This document shows positions 49,066 to 59,068 of a DNA stretch of 64,000 bases, piece after piece. This stretch comes from Longimicrobiales bacterium (GTDB lineage: Bacteria > Gemmatimonadota > Gemmatimonadetes > Longimicrobiales > Gaopeijiaceae). The stretch spans positions 608,001 to 672,000 of the forward strand of contig OZ242008.1 of assembly GCA_965204735.1 (NCBI GenBank). The letters run 5' to 3'. Every line of letters starts with the position of its first letter. Within the stretch, counting starts at the first letter, position 1. The notes below the pieces were generated by a model that was not told the DNA's origin, did no database searches, and saw nothing but the letters and a program-made list of their open reading frames with translations. A program made the position numbers and the translations under genes.

Positions 49066-50490
49066 GTTGTTGCCGTCCCCAAGGGACACTCCCAGCACGA
49101 CAGCCCAGGCGGCAGCTACCACCGCGTTGGCTCGTCGAAGATCAAGATGACCGGCGACCAGCGGTTGCGCCTTGCGCAGGAACGCGCCATGTCGCGCTTC
49201 ACGTGGCTGGACAAGGCGGCGGTGCCGGACACCGGCTTCCAGAGCCTGGACGAGGCGCTGTGGAAGCGCTTGGTGAGCACGCACGGCATGGCGGATCCCG
49301 AGGTCGCGCTGGAGAAGATGGGACTGCTGGCGCGCGACGAGCAGGGAACGCTCCGGGCGTCCGTGGCCGGCCTGTTGCTGTGCGCACGGGCGCCGGAAAC
49401 ATGGCTGGACCACGCGTGCGTAACCGCCACCTGCTATCGGGGTTCGGACCGCGCTTCCATGCAGGTTGACGCCGAGACGATCTGCGGGCCGCTGGACAAG
49501 CAGATCGGCGCGACGGTGACCTTCGTGCTTCGCAACATGCGGGTGGCGGCCCGCAAGGAGCCCGGCCGAGTCGATCTGCCGCAGTACAGCGCACGCGCCG
49601 TCTTCGAGGCCGTGGTCAACGCGGTGGCGCACCGCGACTACTCGATGGCCGGACGCCGGATTCGCGTGTCCGTCTTCGAGGACAGGGTGGAAGTTCAGTC
49701 GCCCGGCCCGCTGGCCAACGGCCTGCGGGTCGACATCATGGACAGCCAGCAGGCCACCCGGAACGAGGCCCTGGCCTCCGCGCTGGCGCGCATGAGCTGC
49801 ACCGACGTCAAGGGCTCCGGCGACCGCCAGTACTTTATGGAGAAGCGCGGCGACGGCGTGGGCATCATCCGTCGGGAGACCGAGGCTCTCGGCGCCAAGT
49901 CCCCGTCCTACGAGCTGGTCGGCAACACCGAACTGCGCCTCGCGGTCCCCGCCGCGCCCCTTGGGTGGACGCCCGGCAGCGTCGGCCTGACGGCCCGCTC
50001 GGACGGCCGACCGGTTGCCGACGCCGACATCCTCTTGATCTTCCCCGACGGGACGTACCGCCGAGCCGCGACCAACGTCGAGGGCGCCGCCGCCGCCGAC
50101 CTGCACTCGACGCACCTGCCCATGACGGTGTTCGCGGCAGCCCCCGGCTTCGCGGCCCGCGTCGTGCGGGAATGGGCGCCGAACCGCAACGCCCTCTCGC
50201 TCGACCTTGAGCTCGCGGCCCTCCCCGACGGCGGCTCCGTCATTTTCCCCGACGGCGCAGGCGAACTCCCGGGCCTCCGCGCAAGGCTCAACCCCGTCCG
50301 CGACGTCCACGACAGAACCAGCCTCCACGTCTCCGGCGCCACGATCAACAAGGGCGCGGCGCAGCCCGTGCACTTCGCGCCAGGAGAGGCCTTGCTTGTG
50401 ACCGACTCGGTCGGAACCGCCCTGCTGATCAGCATTCCCGAAGTCCTGGTCAAGCCGACGATCCTCCAGTACGAGCCATGGATCGAATGA
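49066..50490 (+). pseudogene. 5'-truncated AlbA_2(Schlafen)-RecG-C (HATPase_c_4) protein with an extra C-terminal beta-domain; may still be expressed from ATG 49147
   Basis: Begins with the tail of an AlbA_2-like domain (VAVPKG...SPGGSYHRVGSSK); EAVVNAVAHRDYS, FEDRVEVQSPG, RNEALA, MEKRGDGV. Confidence 0.65.
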
Positions 50491-53426
50491 GTTCGGTGTC
50501 TGCGGCCCCCCAGCCCCTCTACGACGTTCTGGAGGCCACTGGGTACCTGACTGCCGCCGGGCCGGCGCACAACGTCTCGCTGGAGCAGGACGCACGCGCC
50601 GCCCGCCGCGGCCGCAACTTCCAGCCCGACGCCATGTGGCGCAGCCAGTCCTCGCTCAAGGTCTACTTCAAGTACGAACACACCTCGCCGTCGCCGACTA
50701 CGGTTGCGAAGTGGCGTCAAGAGGTGTGGAACGAAGGGTTTGCGCCCCTGCTCTGGGTGGTCTCGCCGGCCAAGGTCGACATCTACAACGGGTTTGCTCA
50801 GCCGAGGACGCACGCCGACGCCGACGCTCACCGCATCGGAACGTTCAAGCAGCGGGGAAGCGAACTCAGGGAACTCGACATGGCCGCCGGCCGCCTGGCC
50901 ATGGAGACTGGCCGTTTCTGGCAAGACTCCATGAGCGAGAGGCTCAACCGGAACACCAGCGTAGACCGCCTCCTGCTTCGCGACATCGCAAGGCTGGAGC
51001 GCGACTTGACCAACTCCGGCATGGACCGGCCCGACGCCCAAAGCTTGATCGGCCGCTCGATCTTCGCACAGTACTTGGTGGATCGCCGAATCGTCACCGA
51101 AGACTTCCTGGAGAATACTTGCGACCGTTCCACGCTGTCGGAAGTCCTACGCCACAGGGCCAAGTCCGAGCGTCTGTTCGGTTGGCTTCGCGACACCTTC
51201 AACGGCGACTTGTTCCCCGGCAACGGCGATCTGGCCGACGGGCTCCACCTCAGCCGGGTAGCCGACTTCCTCGACGCCGAAGACGCCACCGGCCAGACGA
51301 CACTGTTCCCGTATCAGTTCAACATCATTCCCGTCGAGCTCATCAGTTCCATCTACGAACAGTTCGTTCAGTCCGAATCGCGAGCCGTCGTCGAGGCCGT
51401 CGAGAAGGACGTGCACTACACGCGCCTGTCGCTGGTCTCGCTGGTCCTGGACGAGGTCCTGGACGAGTGCAGCGGCGATGAGACCGTACTGGACTTGACT
51501 TGCGGCTCCGGTGTCTTCCTGGTGGAGGCGTTCCGCAGGCTGGTCGAAAAGCGGGCCGGGGATGCGTCTCCGACCCGCGACATGATCCGCGAGACGCTGT
51601 ACGAGCAGGTGTTCGGCATGGACATCAGTGGGGCTGCCGTGGAGGTCGCGGCCTTCAGTCTCTATCTGACGGCTTTGGAGCTTGACCCGAACCTGGAGCC
51701 GCCGAACGACCTCGCGTTCAAGCGGTTGATAGGCCGCACGCTGTTCGTGGGCGACATATGGCAAGAACAGTCCGCTTTGGCGCACAAGGCAGACGGCGGA
51801 AAGTTCGACGTGATCGTCGGCAACCCACCTTGGAGCTATTCGCCTAACCCGGCCCTTCAGGCGCGCCGAGAGAGCGCCGGCGTTGGCGGTTCACGGGGCA
51901 CGAGCCTGGACTTCGTCCACGTGGCCGTGGAATACGCATCGCCGCGCACGCGGTTCGGTCTGGTCTTGGGAGCACATCACTTCTTCGGACGACATGACAG
52001 TACGCAAGAGGCGTTGCAGCAGCTGATCAGCGATCTGGCTCCGGTCACGCTGGTGAACCTGTCCAACTTGTCGAGCTGGCTATTTCCCCAGGCGAAGATG
52101 CCGGGCATGGTGCTTTTCGCGGGACATCGGCACGACCAAGCGAACGTCGTGACGACCGTTCAGGTGCCGTGGTCCCTCGGCGGAAAAAAAAGCCACACCT
52201 TTGATCTTGCTCCTGGCGACGTTACGACACTTCCCGTGTGGGATTGGGAGCGGGACACGCGGTTCCTCAAGGGCGCGTTTCTCGGGACCCACAGGGACCT
52301 GACTTTGGTGGACGACCTCTGGAAGCGCCACCGAGAGCTGACAGACGAACTCGGCAAGGTTGGTGCCAAGCTTCGCACCGGACTCACGAGAGGGAATCGA
52401 AGCAGGGACGCTCGTGCCATGCGCGGCCTGCCTTGGCTCGACTCTGCCGCCTCGATGTCCCCCTTTTCCGTACCGTCCGGACTCGTTCCGTTCAACGACG
52501 ACAGGGCTGAGTGGCCCCGGAACCCGGAAATCTACCGCGCACCTCTTCTGATCATGAGGGAGTTTCTTCTGAAGCAGTACGCGCCTCGTCCGCTGGTGGC
52601 GATTGCCGAGCAGGACATCGTATACTCCGACGCCTATTTCGGAGTCGCCTTTTCTCAAGAAGATCGAGTCATCGCACACCTGCTTGCGGGGGTGCTGAGC
52701 TCTTCGCTAGCTGTCTGGTTCCTGCTCATGACGAGCTCCACGTTCGGAATCGGGAAGATGCGAATAAAGCCCAGCGACGTTGGACAGATGCCGGTACCGA
52801 CCCTCGCGCAAGCTGCCGCATCGGAACTCGGCGTGCGCATTGCCGACTTGGCGCAGAGCATGAGCCGGCGGGCGGTGACCGCACACGATTGGACAGTGCT
52901 GGATGAAGCGGTATTCGACCTGTACAAGCTCCGACCGTCGGAGCGGATCGTCGTGCGAGACGGCCTCTTCCAGGCGACGTGGCAGTGGCAACCCGGCCGA
53001 GCCGAGTCGGCGACACCGGCCTCGACCGAGCATGTCATGCAGTACGCAAAGGCGTTTATGTCCGCCGTCGACGTTTGGCTCCGCGCGCGTAACCTGCGGC
53101 GCATGCGCGCCGAGGTGTTCGACCAGCCGGCGACGGACCCGGTGCGAGTAGTCCGCTTCGTGCTGGAAGATCGATCCGGCCCGTCGGTCGTCGACGGCGT
53201 GGTCCCGGACGGGAACCTGAAGGAACTCCTCAATGAGATCGGTGGACGCCTGGGCTTTCCACTGGCGGACAAGCTGGTGGGGCAGCAGGAGGTTCGAGCG
53301 TACGACACCCACGAGGTCGTGATCGTCAAGCCGGCGGCCAGGCGGCATTGGATGGGCGTGTACGGGCTGCGCGACGCCGACGATGTCGTGGCCGACAGCC
53401 TGCGGAACCCAGAGGATCAAGCATGA
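50487..53426 (+). CDS. Type IIG/HsdM-like N6-adenine DNA methyltransferase, copy 1
   Basis: FNGDLF, IPVELISSIYEQF, VHYT, LDLTCGSGVFL (I), FGMDI, VGNPPW (IV), TRD-like C-terminus; ATGA coupling. Confidence 0.9.
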   Translation: MSSVSAAPQPLYDVLEATGYLTAAGPAHNVSLEQDARAARRGRNFQPDAMWRSQSSLKVYFKYEHTSPSPTTVAKWRQEVWNEGFAPLLWVVSPAKVDIYNGFAQPRTHADADAHRIGTFKQRGSELRELDMAAGRLAMETGRFWQDSMSERLNRNTSVDRLLLRDIARLERDLTNSGMDRPDAQSLIGRSIFAQYLVDRRIVTEDFLENTCDRSTLSEVLRHRAKSERLFGWLRDTFNGDLFPGNGDLADGLHLSRVADFLDAEDATGQTTLFPYQFNIIPVELISSIYEQFVQSESRAVVEAVEKDVHYTRLSLVSLVLDEVLDECSGDETVLDLTCGSGVFLVEAFRRLVEKRAGDASPTRDMIRETLYEQVFGMDISGAAVEVAAFSLYLTALELDPNLEPPNDLAFKRLIGRTLFVGDIWQEQSALAHKADGGKFDVIVGNPPWSYSPNPALQARRESAGVGGSRGTSLDFVHVAVEYASPRTRFGLVLGAHHFFGRHDSTQEALQQLISDLAPVTLVNLSNLSSWLFPQAKMPGMVLFAGHRHDQANVVTTVQVPWSLGGKKSHTFDLAPGDVTTLPVWDWERDTRFLKGAFLGTHRDLTLVDDLWKRHRELTDELGKVGAKLRTGLTRGNRSRDARAMRGLPWLDSAASMSPFSVPSGLVPFNDDRAEWPRNPEIYRAPLLIMREFLLKQYAPRPLVAIAEQDIVYSDAYFGVAFSQEDRVIAHLLAGVLSSSLAVWFLLMTSSTFGIGKMRIKPSDVGQMPVPTLAQAAASELGVRIADLAQSMSRRAVTAHDWTVLDEAVFDLYKLRPSERIVVRDGLFQATWQWQPGRAESATPASTEHVMQYAKAFMSAVDVWLRARNLRRMRAEVFDQPATDPVRVVRFVLEDRSGPSVVDGVVPDGNLKELLNEIGGRLGFPLADKLVGQQEVRAYDTHEVVIVKPAARRHWMGVYGLRDADDVVADSLRNPEDQA

Positions 53427-54088
53427 AGGTGGCGCGCCGAGCTTCATTTCGGTACCAACCGGGGCGGGTCGCGCTCACGCCTGACGTCCGGCAGGCCATT
53501 CTGGATGTAATAAGGGCTGGTTGGGCAGTTGCGTCGGAGGTCGTCGAGGAGACGGCCGTCGCCCGCGAAGATGCGTTGAACGAACTGCTCCGGGACGGCA
53601 TGCGCCTTGCTGTGGAAGAAGACCGTGCGTTGGGCCTGCATCGACGTCTGCCGGAGATGCGCATCCTTCCTGAAGCCGCATCCCGCTCGTGTCCAGAAGT
53701 CGACCGCCCCGACGGGCGGCCCGATATACCGATCCTGCTGAGTCGCCCGTTCTCCCAGGAGGCGCAGGCGGTCATCGAATGCAAGCGCGTCGGCGGCAAC
53801 CGTGCCATGCTGTGTCGGCTGTACGTCGTTGAAGGTATAGATCGTTTCAAGAGTGGCAAGTACGCCTGGAATCACGAGACGGCCTTCATGGTAGGCTACG
53901 TGATTACGGGCACCTGCGTTGCCGCAGTTGATGGCGTGAACGGATACCTGGAGCGACAGGCGCGGCCCGAGGACCAGCTGGAGCAACTACCGGGAATGGA
54001 TCGGTCGACCTGGCGGAGTCACCACTCCCGAACGAGCGGCTTTCCCATCGTACTGTTCCATACCTTTCTGATGGGGAGGGCGTCATGA
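53423..54088 (+). CDS. Small PD-(D/E)xK-type nuclease-like protein, copy 1
   Basis: EDALN...GRPDI...VIECKRV...YVVEGIDRFKSGKYA...AFMVGYV; ATGA overlap with the MTase. Confidence 0.7.
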   Translation: MKVARRASFRYQPGRVALTPDVRQAILDVIRAGWAVASEVVEETAVAREDALNELLRDGMRLAVEEDRALGLHRRLPEMRILPEAASRSCPEVDRPDGRPDIPILLSRPFSQEAQAVIECKRVGGNRAMLCRLYVVEGIDRFKSGKYAWNHETAFMVGYVITGTCVAAVDGVNGYLERQARPEDQLEQLPGMDRSTWRSHHSRTSGFPIVLFHTFLMGRAS

Positions 54089-54156
54089 TGGCAGGGCGCA
54101 TCCCCGAAGTCCTGGTCAAGCCGACGATCCTCCAGTACGAGCCCTGGATCGAATGA
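54085..54156 (+). CDS. 23-aa linker mini-ORF (MMAGRIPEVLVKPTILQYEPWIE)
   Basis: Its ATG overlaps the stop at 54088 and its TGA overlaps ATG 54153; the last 18 aa equal the C-terminus of the 49066-50490 gene. Confidence 0.45.
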   Translation: MMAGRIPEVLVKPTILQYEPWIE

Positions 54157-57092
54157 GTTCGGTGTCTGCGACCCCCCAGCCCCTCTACGACGTTCTGGAG
54201 GCCACTGGGTACCTGACTGCCGCCGGGCCGGTGCCCAACGACCTGTCGCTGGAGCAGGACGCCCGCGACGCCCGTCGCGCCCGCAACTTCCAGCCCGACG
54301 CCACATGGCGCAGCCGGTCGTCGCTCAAGGTCTACTTCAAGTACGAACACAAGTCCCCGCCGCCGGATACGGTTGCGAAGTGGCGCCAGGAGGTGTGGAA
54401 CGAAGGACTTGTGCCCCTGCTCTGGGTGGTTTCCCCGGACAAGGTCGACATCTACAACGGATTTGCTCAGCCCGAGGGGCAGGGCGACGCCGACACCCAC
54501 CGCATCGGAACGTTCAAGCAGCGCGGAAGCGAACTCAGGGAACTCGACATGGCCGCTGGCCGCTTGGCCATGGAGACCGGCCGCTTCTGGCAGGACTCCA
54601 TGGGCAGGAGGCTCAATAGAAACACCAGCGTAGATCGCCTCTTGCTCCGCGACATCGCTGGGCTGGCGCGCGAACTGGCGAACTCCGGCATGGACCGGCC
54701 CGACGCGCAAAGCTTGATCGGCCGCTCGATCTTCGCGCAGTACCTGGTGGATCGCCGAATCGTCACCGAAGACTTCCTCGAGAGTACTTGCGGCTGTTCC
54801 ACGCTGTCGGAAGTCCTGCGCCACAGGGGCACGTCCGAGCGACTGTTCGACTGGCTTCGCGACACCTTCAACGGCGACATGTTTCCCAGCAACGACGGTG
54901 TTGCCGAAGCCCACCAACTCCGCCGGGTGGCCAACTTCCTCGACGCCGTGGACACCGCCGGCCAGACGACGCTGTTCCCGTATCAGTTCGACATCATCCC
55001 TGTCGAACTCGTCAGCTCCATCTACGAACAGTTCGCCCAGCCCGGCGAGCACGCCGCAACCGGCACTGCCGAGAAGGACGTGCACTACACGCGCTTGTCG
55101 CTGGTCTCGCTGGTCCTGGACGAGGTCCTGAACGAGTGCACCGGCGACGAGACCGTGCTGGACCTGACTTGCGGCTCCGGCGTGTTCCTGGTGGAGGCGT
55201 TGCGCAGGCTGGTTGGCAAGCGGGCGGGGGATGCGCAGCCCACTCGGGAGCTGATCCGCGAGACGCTGTACGAGCACGTGTTCGGCATGGACATCAGCGA
55301 GGCCGCCGTGCACGTCGCGGCCTTCAGCCTCTATCTGACTGCCTTGGAGCTCGATCCCAGCCCGGAGCCCCCCGACGCCCTCACCTTCCAGCCCCTGATC
55401 GGCAACACTCTGTTCACGGGCGACGTCTGGGAAGAGCGTTCCAGCTTGCGGGAGCAAGCCGGCGCCCGCGCGTTCGACGTGATCGTGGGCAACCCGCCAT
55501 GGAGCTACTCCCGCACGCCGGCCCTGCAGGCGCGCCGGGCGCGAACGGGCCTCCGCGCCTCCCGGGGCGTAAGCCTGGACTTCCTTCACGCGGCCACCGA
55601 GTACTCGTCGCCGCGCACTCGGTTCGGATTGGTGCTGGGCGGGCCTCAGTTCTTTGGCCTAACCGGCAACACGTGGCGGACACTGCGGCAGCTGATGACC
55701 GATCTTTCCCCGGTTACGCTGGTGAACCTGTCCAACTTGTCCGGCTGGCTGTTTCCCAAGGCTTCCATGCCCGGGATCGTCTTGTTCGCCAGGCAAAGGA
55801 AGCCGGTGGGCCGCGCCAAGCTGATCGCGACGTATCAAGTGCCGTGGACGCCCGACGGCAAGAGAACCCACACGTTTCGGATCGCGCCCAGCGACGGAAC
55901 CACGCTGCCGTTGGAGTACTGGAAGCGCAGGCCCGAGTTCTTGAAGGCGGCGTTCTTCGGAGGCCACCGGGACGCCGACTTGCTGGACCGGTTCTTCGAG
56001 AAGCATCAGACGCTGGACGAGGCTCTCGGCCGCCTGGGCACCAAGCTGTCCGCAGGGCTGACCCCGGGCAAAGGACGAGACGCGCGCTTCCTGCACGGCC
56101 TGCCGTTCCTCGAGCCCAAGAGCGGCTTCTCGCCCTTCGTCGTATCGACCGGCCTGCCTCTCTTCAGCAGCCCGTTCGCCAAGCGCCCAACGGCCCGCGA
56201 CATGTACTCGGCGCCCCTCCTCCTGGTCAAGGAAGCGGTCACGCGCGAGCACGCGGGGCGCGTAGCCACCGCCGTTGCCGACACGGACACCGTGTTCACG
56301 AAGTCGTTCTTCGGTGCTCGATTCGACAAGAACGACCGCGAAGCGGCTTGCTTGCTGGCCGGCATCCTTGGATCGTCGCTGGCGTCGTGGTTCTTCTTGA
56401 TGACCGCGTCGGACTACGGGATTTGGCGAAGGCGCGTCAAGCTCGCCGACGTGAAGCGGTTGCGCGTACCGGATGTCGGCGCGGCCCTGGGGTCGAACGC
56501 CGGCCGTCGGATCGTCGCGCTAGTGCAGAGGCTGCGACGGGAAGCCGTCGAAGAGGAAGATTGGCACCTCCTCGACGAAGCCGTGCTCGACCTGTACGGC
56601 CTTTCCGCGGACCACCGCATCGTGATCCGCGACGGGCTGACGCGCGCTGGGTGGCAGTGGCGCGAAGGCGAGGAAGCGTCCGTGGCGCCCGCCCGCGCCG
56701 CCGGAGACGTGAAGGAGTATGCTCGCGCGTTCGCGTCGGTCATCCACTCCGTACTACAGGCCGGGAAGCGCAACAGCGTGAGGGCGGAGGTCTACGACCT
56801 GCCGGATCAAGCGCCGTTGCGAGTAGTGCGATTCGTCCTGGAGCCCGGACACGTTCCTCCGGTCGTCGATGTCGTGCCGTGCGAGGACCTGAGGAGCCTC
56901 CTGGGCCGCCTCGGCGAAGGTCTGGACGCGCCCTTGACCGACTCCGCTGTTGGCCATCGCGAGGTGCAGTGCTACGGTCGCGAGGAGATCGTGGTCGTGA
57001 AACCGGCGGCGCGCCGCCACTGGATGGCCGTCCGCGCACTCGGGGACGGAAGCCAAGCGGTCATCGACAGCCTCGGAGCATCGCGACGGTGA
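54153..57092 (+). CDS. Type IIG/HsdM-like N6-adenine DNA methyltransferase, copy 2
   Basis: Same motifs as copy 1 (LDLTCGSG, VGNPPW); divergent TRD-containing C-terminal half. Confidence 0.9.
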   Translation: MSSVSATPQPLYDVLEATGYLTAAGPVPNDLSLEQDARDARRARNFQPDATWRSRSSLKVYFKYEHKSPPPDTVAKWRQEVWNEGLVPLLWVVSPDKVDIYNGFAQPEGQGDADTHRIGTFKQRGSELRELDMAAGRLAMETGRFWQDSMGRRLNRNTSVDRLLLRDIAGLARELANSGMDRPDAQSLIGRSIFAQYLVDRRIVTEDFLESTCGCSTLSEVLRHRGTSERLFDWLRDTFNGDMFPSNDGVAEAHQLRRVANFLDAVDTAGQTTLFPYQFDIIPVELVSSIYEQFAQPGEHAATGTAEKDVHYTRLSLVSLVLDEVLNECTGDETVLDLTCGSGVFLVEALRRLVGKRAGDAQPTRELIRETLYEHVFGMDISEAAVHVAAFSLYLTALELDPSPEPPDALTFQPLIGNTLFTGDVWEERSSLREQAGARAFDVIVGNPPWSYSRTPALQARRARTGLRASRGVSLDFLHAATEYSSPRTRFGLVLGGPQFFGLTGNTWRTLRQLMTDLSPVTLVNLSNLSGWLFPKASMPGIVLFARQRKPVGRAKLIATYQVPWTPDGKRTHTFRIAPSDGTTLPLEYWKRRPEFLKAAFFGGHRDADLLDRFFEKHQTLDEALGRLGTKLSAGLTPGKGRDARFLHGLPFLEPKSGFSPFVVSTGLPLFSSPFAKRPTARDMYSAPLLLVKEAVTREHAGRVATAVADTDTVFTKSFFGARFDKNDREAACLLAGILGSSLASWFFLMTASDYGIWRRRVKLADVKRLRVPDVGAALGSNAGRRIVALVQRLRREAVEEEDWHLLDEAVLDLYGLSADHRIVIRDGLTRAGWQWREGEEASVAPARAAGDVKEYARAFASVIHSVLQAGKRNSVRAEVYDLPDQAPLRVVRFVLEPGHVPPVVDVVPCEDLRSLLGRLGEGLDAPLTDSAVGHREVQCYGREEIVVVKPAARRHWMAVRALGDGSQAVIDSLGASRR

Positions 57093-57562
57093 CTTCCCGC
57101 CTACCCGATCTCTTGGCCGCGCATCCCGGTGGCCCTGTCAGCTTGGCGGACGCCACGATCATCGCCATCTTGCGAGTGGTCCAGCTCGGCTGGCGAGCCG
57201 CAGCGGACGTAGCGGAGAGGGACGCCATCGTCCTGTCCCAGGAGCTTCCGATGACGAACAGGCTACGCGCCGGCATGCGCAGAGTCGTCGATTCCCCCGA
57301 GAACCTGTGCCCAATGCGAATCACCCCGGGGACCGAAGTCATTCCCTCCGAGGACGGGCCTGCCGTTGGACTGACGGACATCTCGATCTACCTGGGTCGC
57401 CTCGAAGGCCACGATCCCCATGCGATCATCGAATGCAAGCGCGTCCACGGTGGAGGCTCGGACCTGTGCCGGCTGTACGTGACGCAAGGAATCTGCCGCT
57501 TCCGAAGCGGCAAGTACGGCGCCGACCACGCCTTCCAATGGGAACCTGCCCGTGTGGGTTGA
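57089..57562 (+). pseudogene. Small PD-(D/E)xK-type nuclease-like protein, copy 2, 3'-truncated
   Basis: TDI...IIECKRV...LCRLYVTQGICRFRSGKYG aligns with copy 1, but it lacks the ~65-aa MVGYV...HTF tail; the sequence switches to AT-richer DNA near 57540. Confidence 0.7.
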
Positions 57563-57649
57563 CTCCAGTCAGAAATTGACCCAGGCTCCTATCTCACACC
57601 GAAAGGTCTGACTCATCGCGCGCCGAGAAGGGTGGAGGAAGCCAGAATC

Positions 57650-59029
57650 ATGACGACAGACGAACAGAAGTTCATCAGATTAACCCGGCTCACCCGGGAA
57701 GAGCCCCAGGTGAACCATGAGGAGCCGTGGGCAGATGACAGACTGAAAAGGCAGCCCGCGGCCGAGGCCCTAACGAATTTGATCAGAACCCAGAGCGGAC
57801 CGTTTGTGGTCTGCCTAGACGGCGATTGGGGTACCGGAAAAACCTTCTTTCTCAAGCGTTGGAAGCGGCAGCTGGAGATAGACGGCATGAGAGTTGTATA
57901 CTTCAACGCATGGCAAGACGATTTCTTTGAGGATCCACTTGTTCCCATGCTTGCACAGATCATGGATATGGTCGGTGACGTTGCAATCCGTAAAGCCATA
58001 TCAGAACCCGTAAAGGCCTTGGTATACCGAAATGTCCAGAGCGTAACACATAAGCTCACCGGCGTGACACTACCCAACTTCGGAGACGATATCCTTGAGA
58101 CATACAACTGCCAAGTAAAGCACCGAGAAAGACTTCGGAGAGAACTTGAAAATCTCTCCACGGACCGGCTGGTATTCATTGTCGACGAACTTGATCGTTG
58201 CCGACCCGATTTTGCTATCGCGACGCTGGAAAGAACCAAACACGTACTGGACATTCCAGGACTAATCTTCGTCTACGGCATCAATCGACGTGAGATGTGC
58301 AAGTCCATTGCTTCAGTGTACGGCGACATTGACACGGACGTGTACGTCAGGCGATTTTTTGACATGGAATTCACTTTACCTGTTTCTGATCCACGTGACT
58401 ATTGTTCGTATCTCACGAAACAGTACGACATGCAGATCAAGGTCGATAATGCTAGATTGAACGACGGAGTATGGTTCATTGAGGCAGTGCCGGAGGTGCT
58501 GAACACGATAGGCGACTTATCTCTTAGGGACGTGGAGCAGTGCATTCGCATCGCGACGTTCGCCATCATCAATATGGCCCATGGCAAGGGCATATTTCAC
58601 TACAAGACTATTGTAGCAGTCATTGTCGTTCGTCTTGTGAATAGCGAGCTGTATCAGAGATTTGCCCATGGCGAACACGTTGCTGGACAAATGATTGACT
58701 TCCTGGCGAAATGCACGAGGCGTTCTTCTGGTATCCCGAGATGGCTCGTTGACATACAGGGACCGTTGTATGCGGTATGCGACGAGAGCGTACCGGACGG
58801 ATATACTGCTTCCGGCGAACTGACACGACTGCTCTCGGCGGATAGCACTACAGAACCGGTCCTGCTAGCTAATGCGACAACTAGCTTGAGTAAGGCACAA
58901 CTCGGCGAGGTGCTGAGTAAGCTTGAGAGATGGCGCCAAGAGGTATCGGAACTCGGTGGCCGATTTATCCTGGACCGTCAGTGGAGACGGCGTCTTGTAG
59001 GTCTGCTTGATCTGGCGACTGGCACATGA
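57650..59029 (+). CDS. KAP-family P-loop NTPase
   Basis: LDGDWGTGKTFF, YFNAWQDD, VFIVDELDRCRP, YVRRFFD; visibly AT-richer than flanks. Confidence 0.9.
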   Translation: MTTDEQKFIRLTRLTREEPQVNHEEPWADDRLKRQPAAEALTNLIRTQSGPFVVCLDGDWGTGKTFFLKRWKRQLEIDGMRVVYFNAWQDDFFEDPLVPMLAQIMDMVGDVAIRKAISEPVKALVYRNVQSVTHKLTGVTLPNFGDDILETYNCQVKHRERLRRELENLSTDRLVFIVDELDRCRPDFAIATLERTKHVLDIPGLIFVYGINRREMCKSIASVYGDIDTDVYVRRFFDMEFTLPVSDPRDYCSYLTKQYDMQIKVDNARLNDGVWFIEAVPEVLNTIGDLSLRDVEQCIRIATFAIINMAHGKGIFHYKTIVAVIVVRLVNSELYQRFAHGEHVAGQMIDFLAKCTRRSSGIPRWLVDIQGPLYAVCDESVPDGYTASGELTRLLSADSTTEPVLLANATTSLSKAQLGEVLSKLERWRQEVSELGGRFILDRQWRRRLVGLLDLATGT

Positions 59030-59068
59030 ATCGCCGGTCCGGTCGTGGGATCGGTGGAAGCGCGTAGG

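Larger units (their letters stand above)
50437..55790 (+). repeat. Long direct repeat (about 50437-52120 versus 54103-55790) covering the 5' halves of the two MTases plus ~50 bp upstream
   Basis: cccgaagtcctggtcaagccgacgatcctccagtacgagcc.tggatcgaatgagttcggtgtctgcg at 50437 and 54103 (offset 3666). Near-identity runs through motif I and becomes patchy afterwards. Confidence 0.9.
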
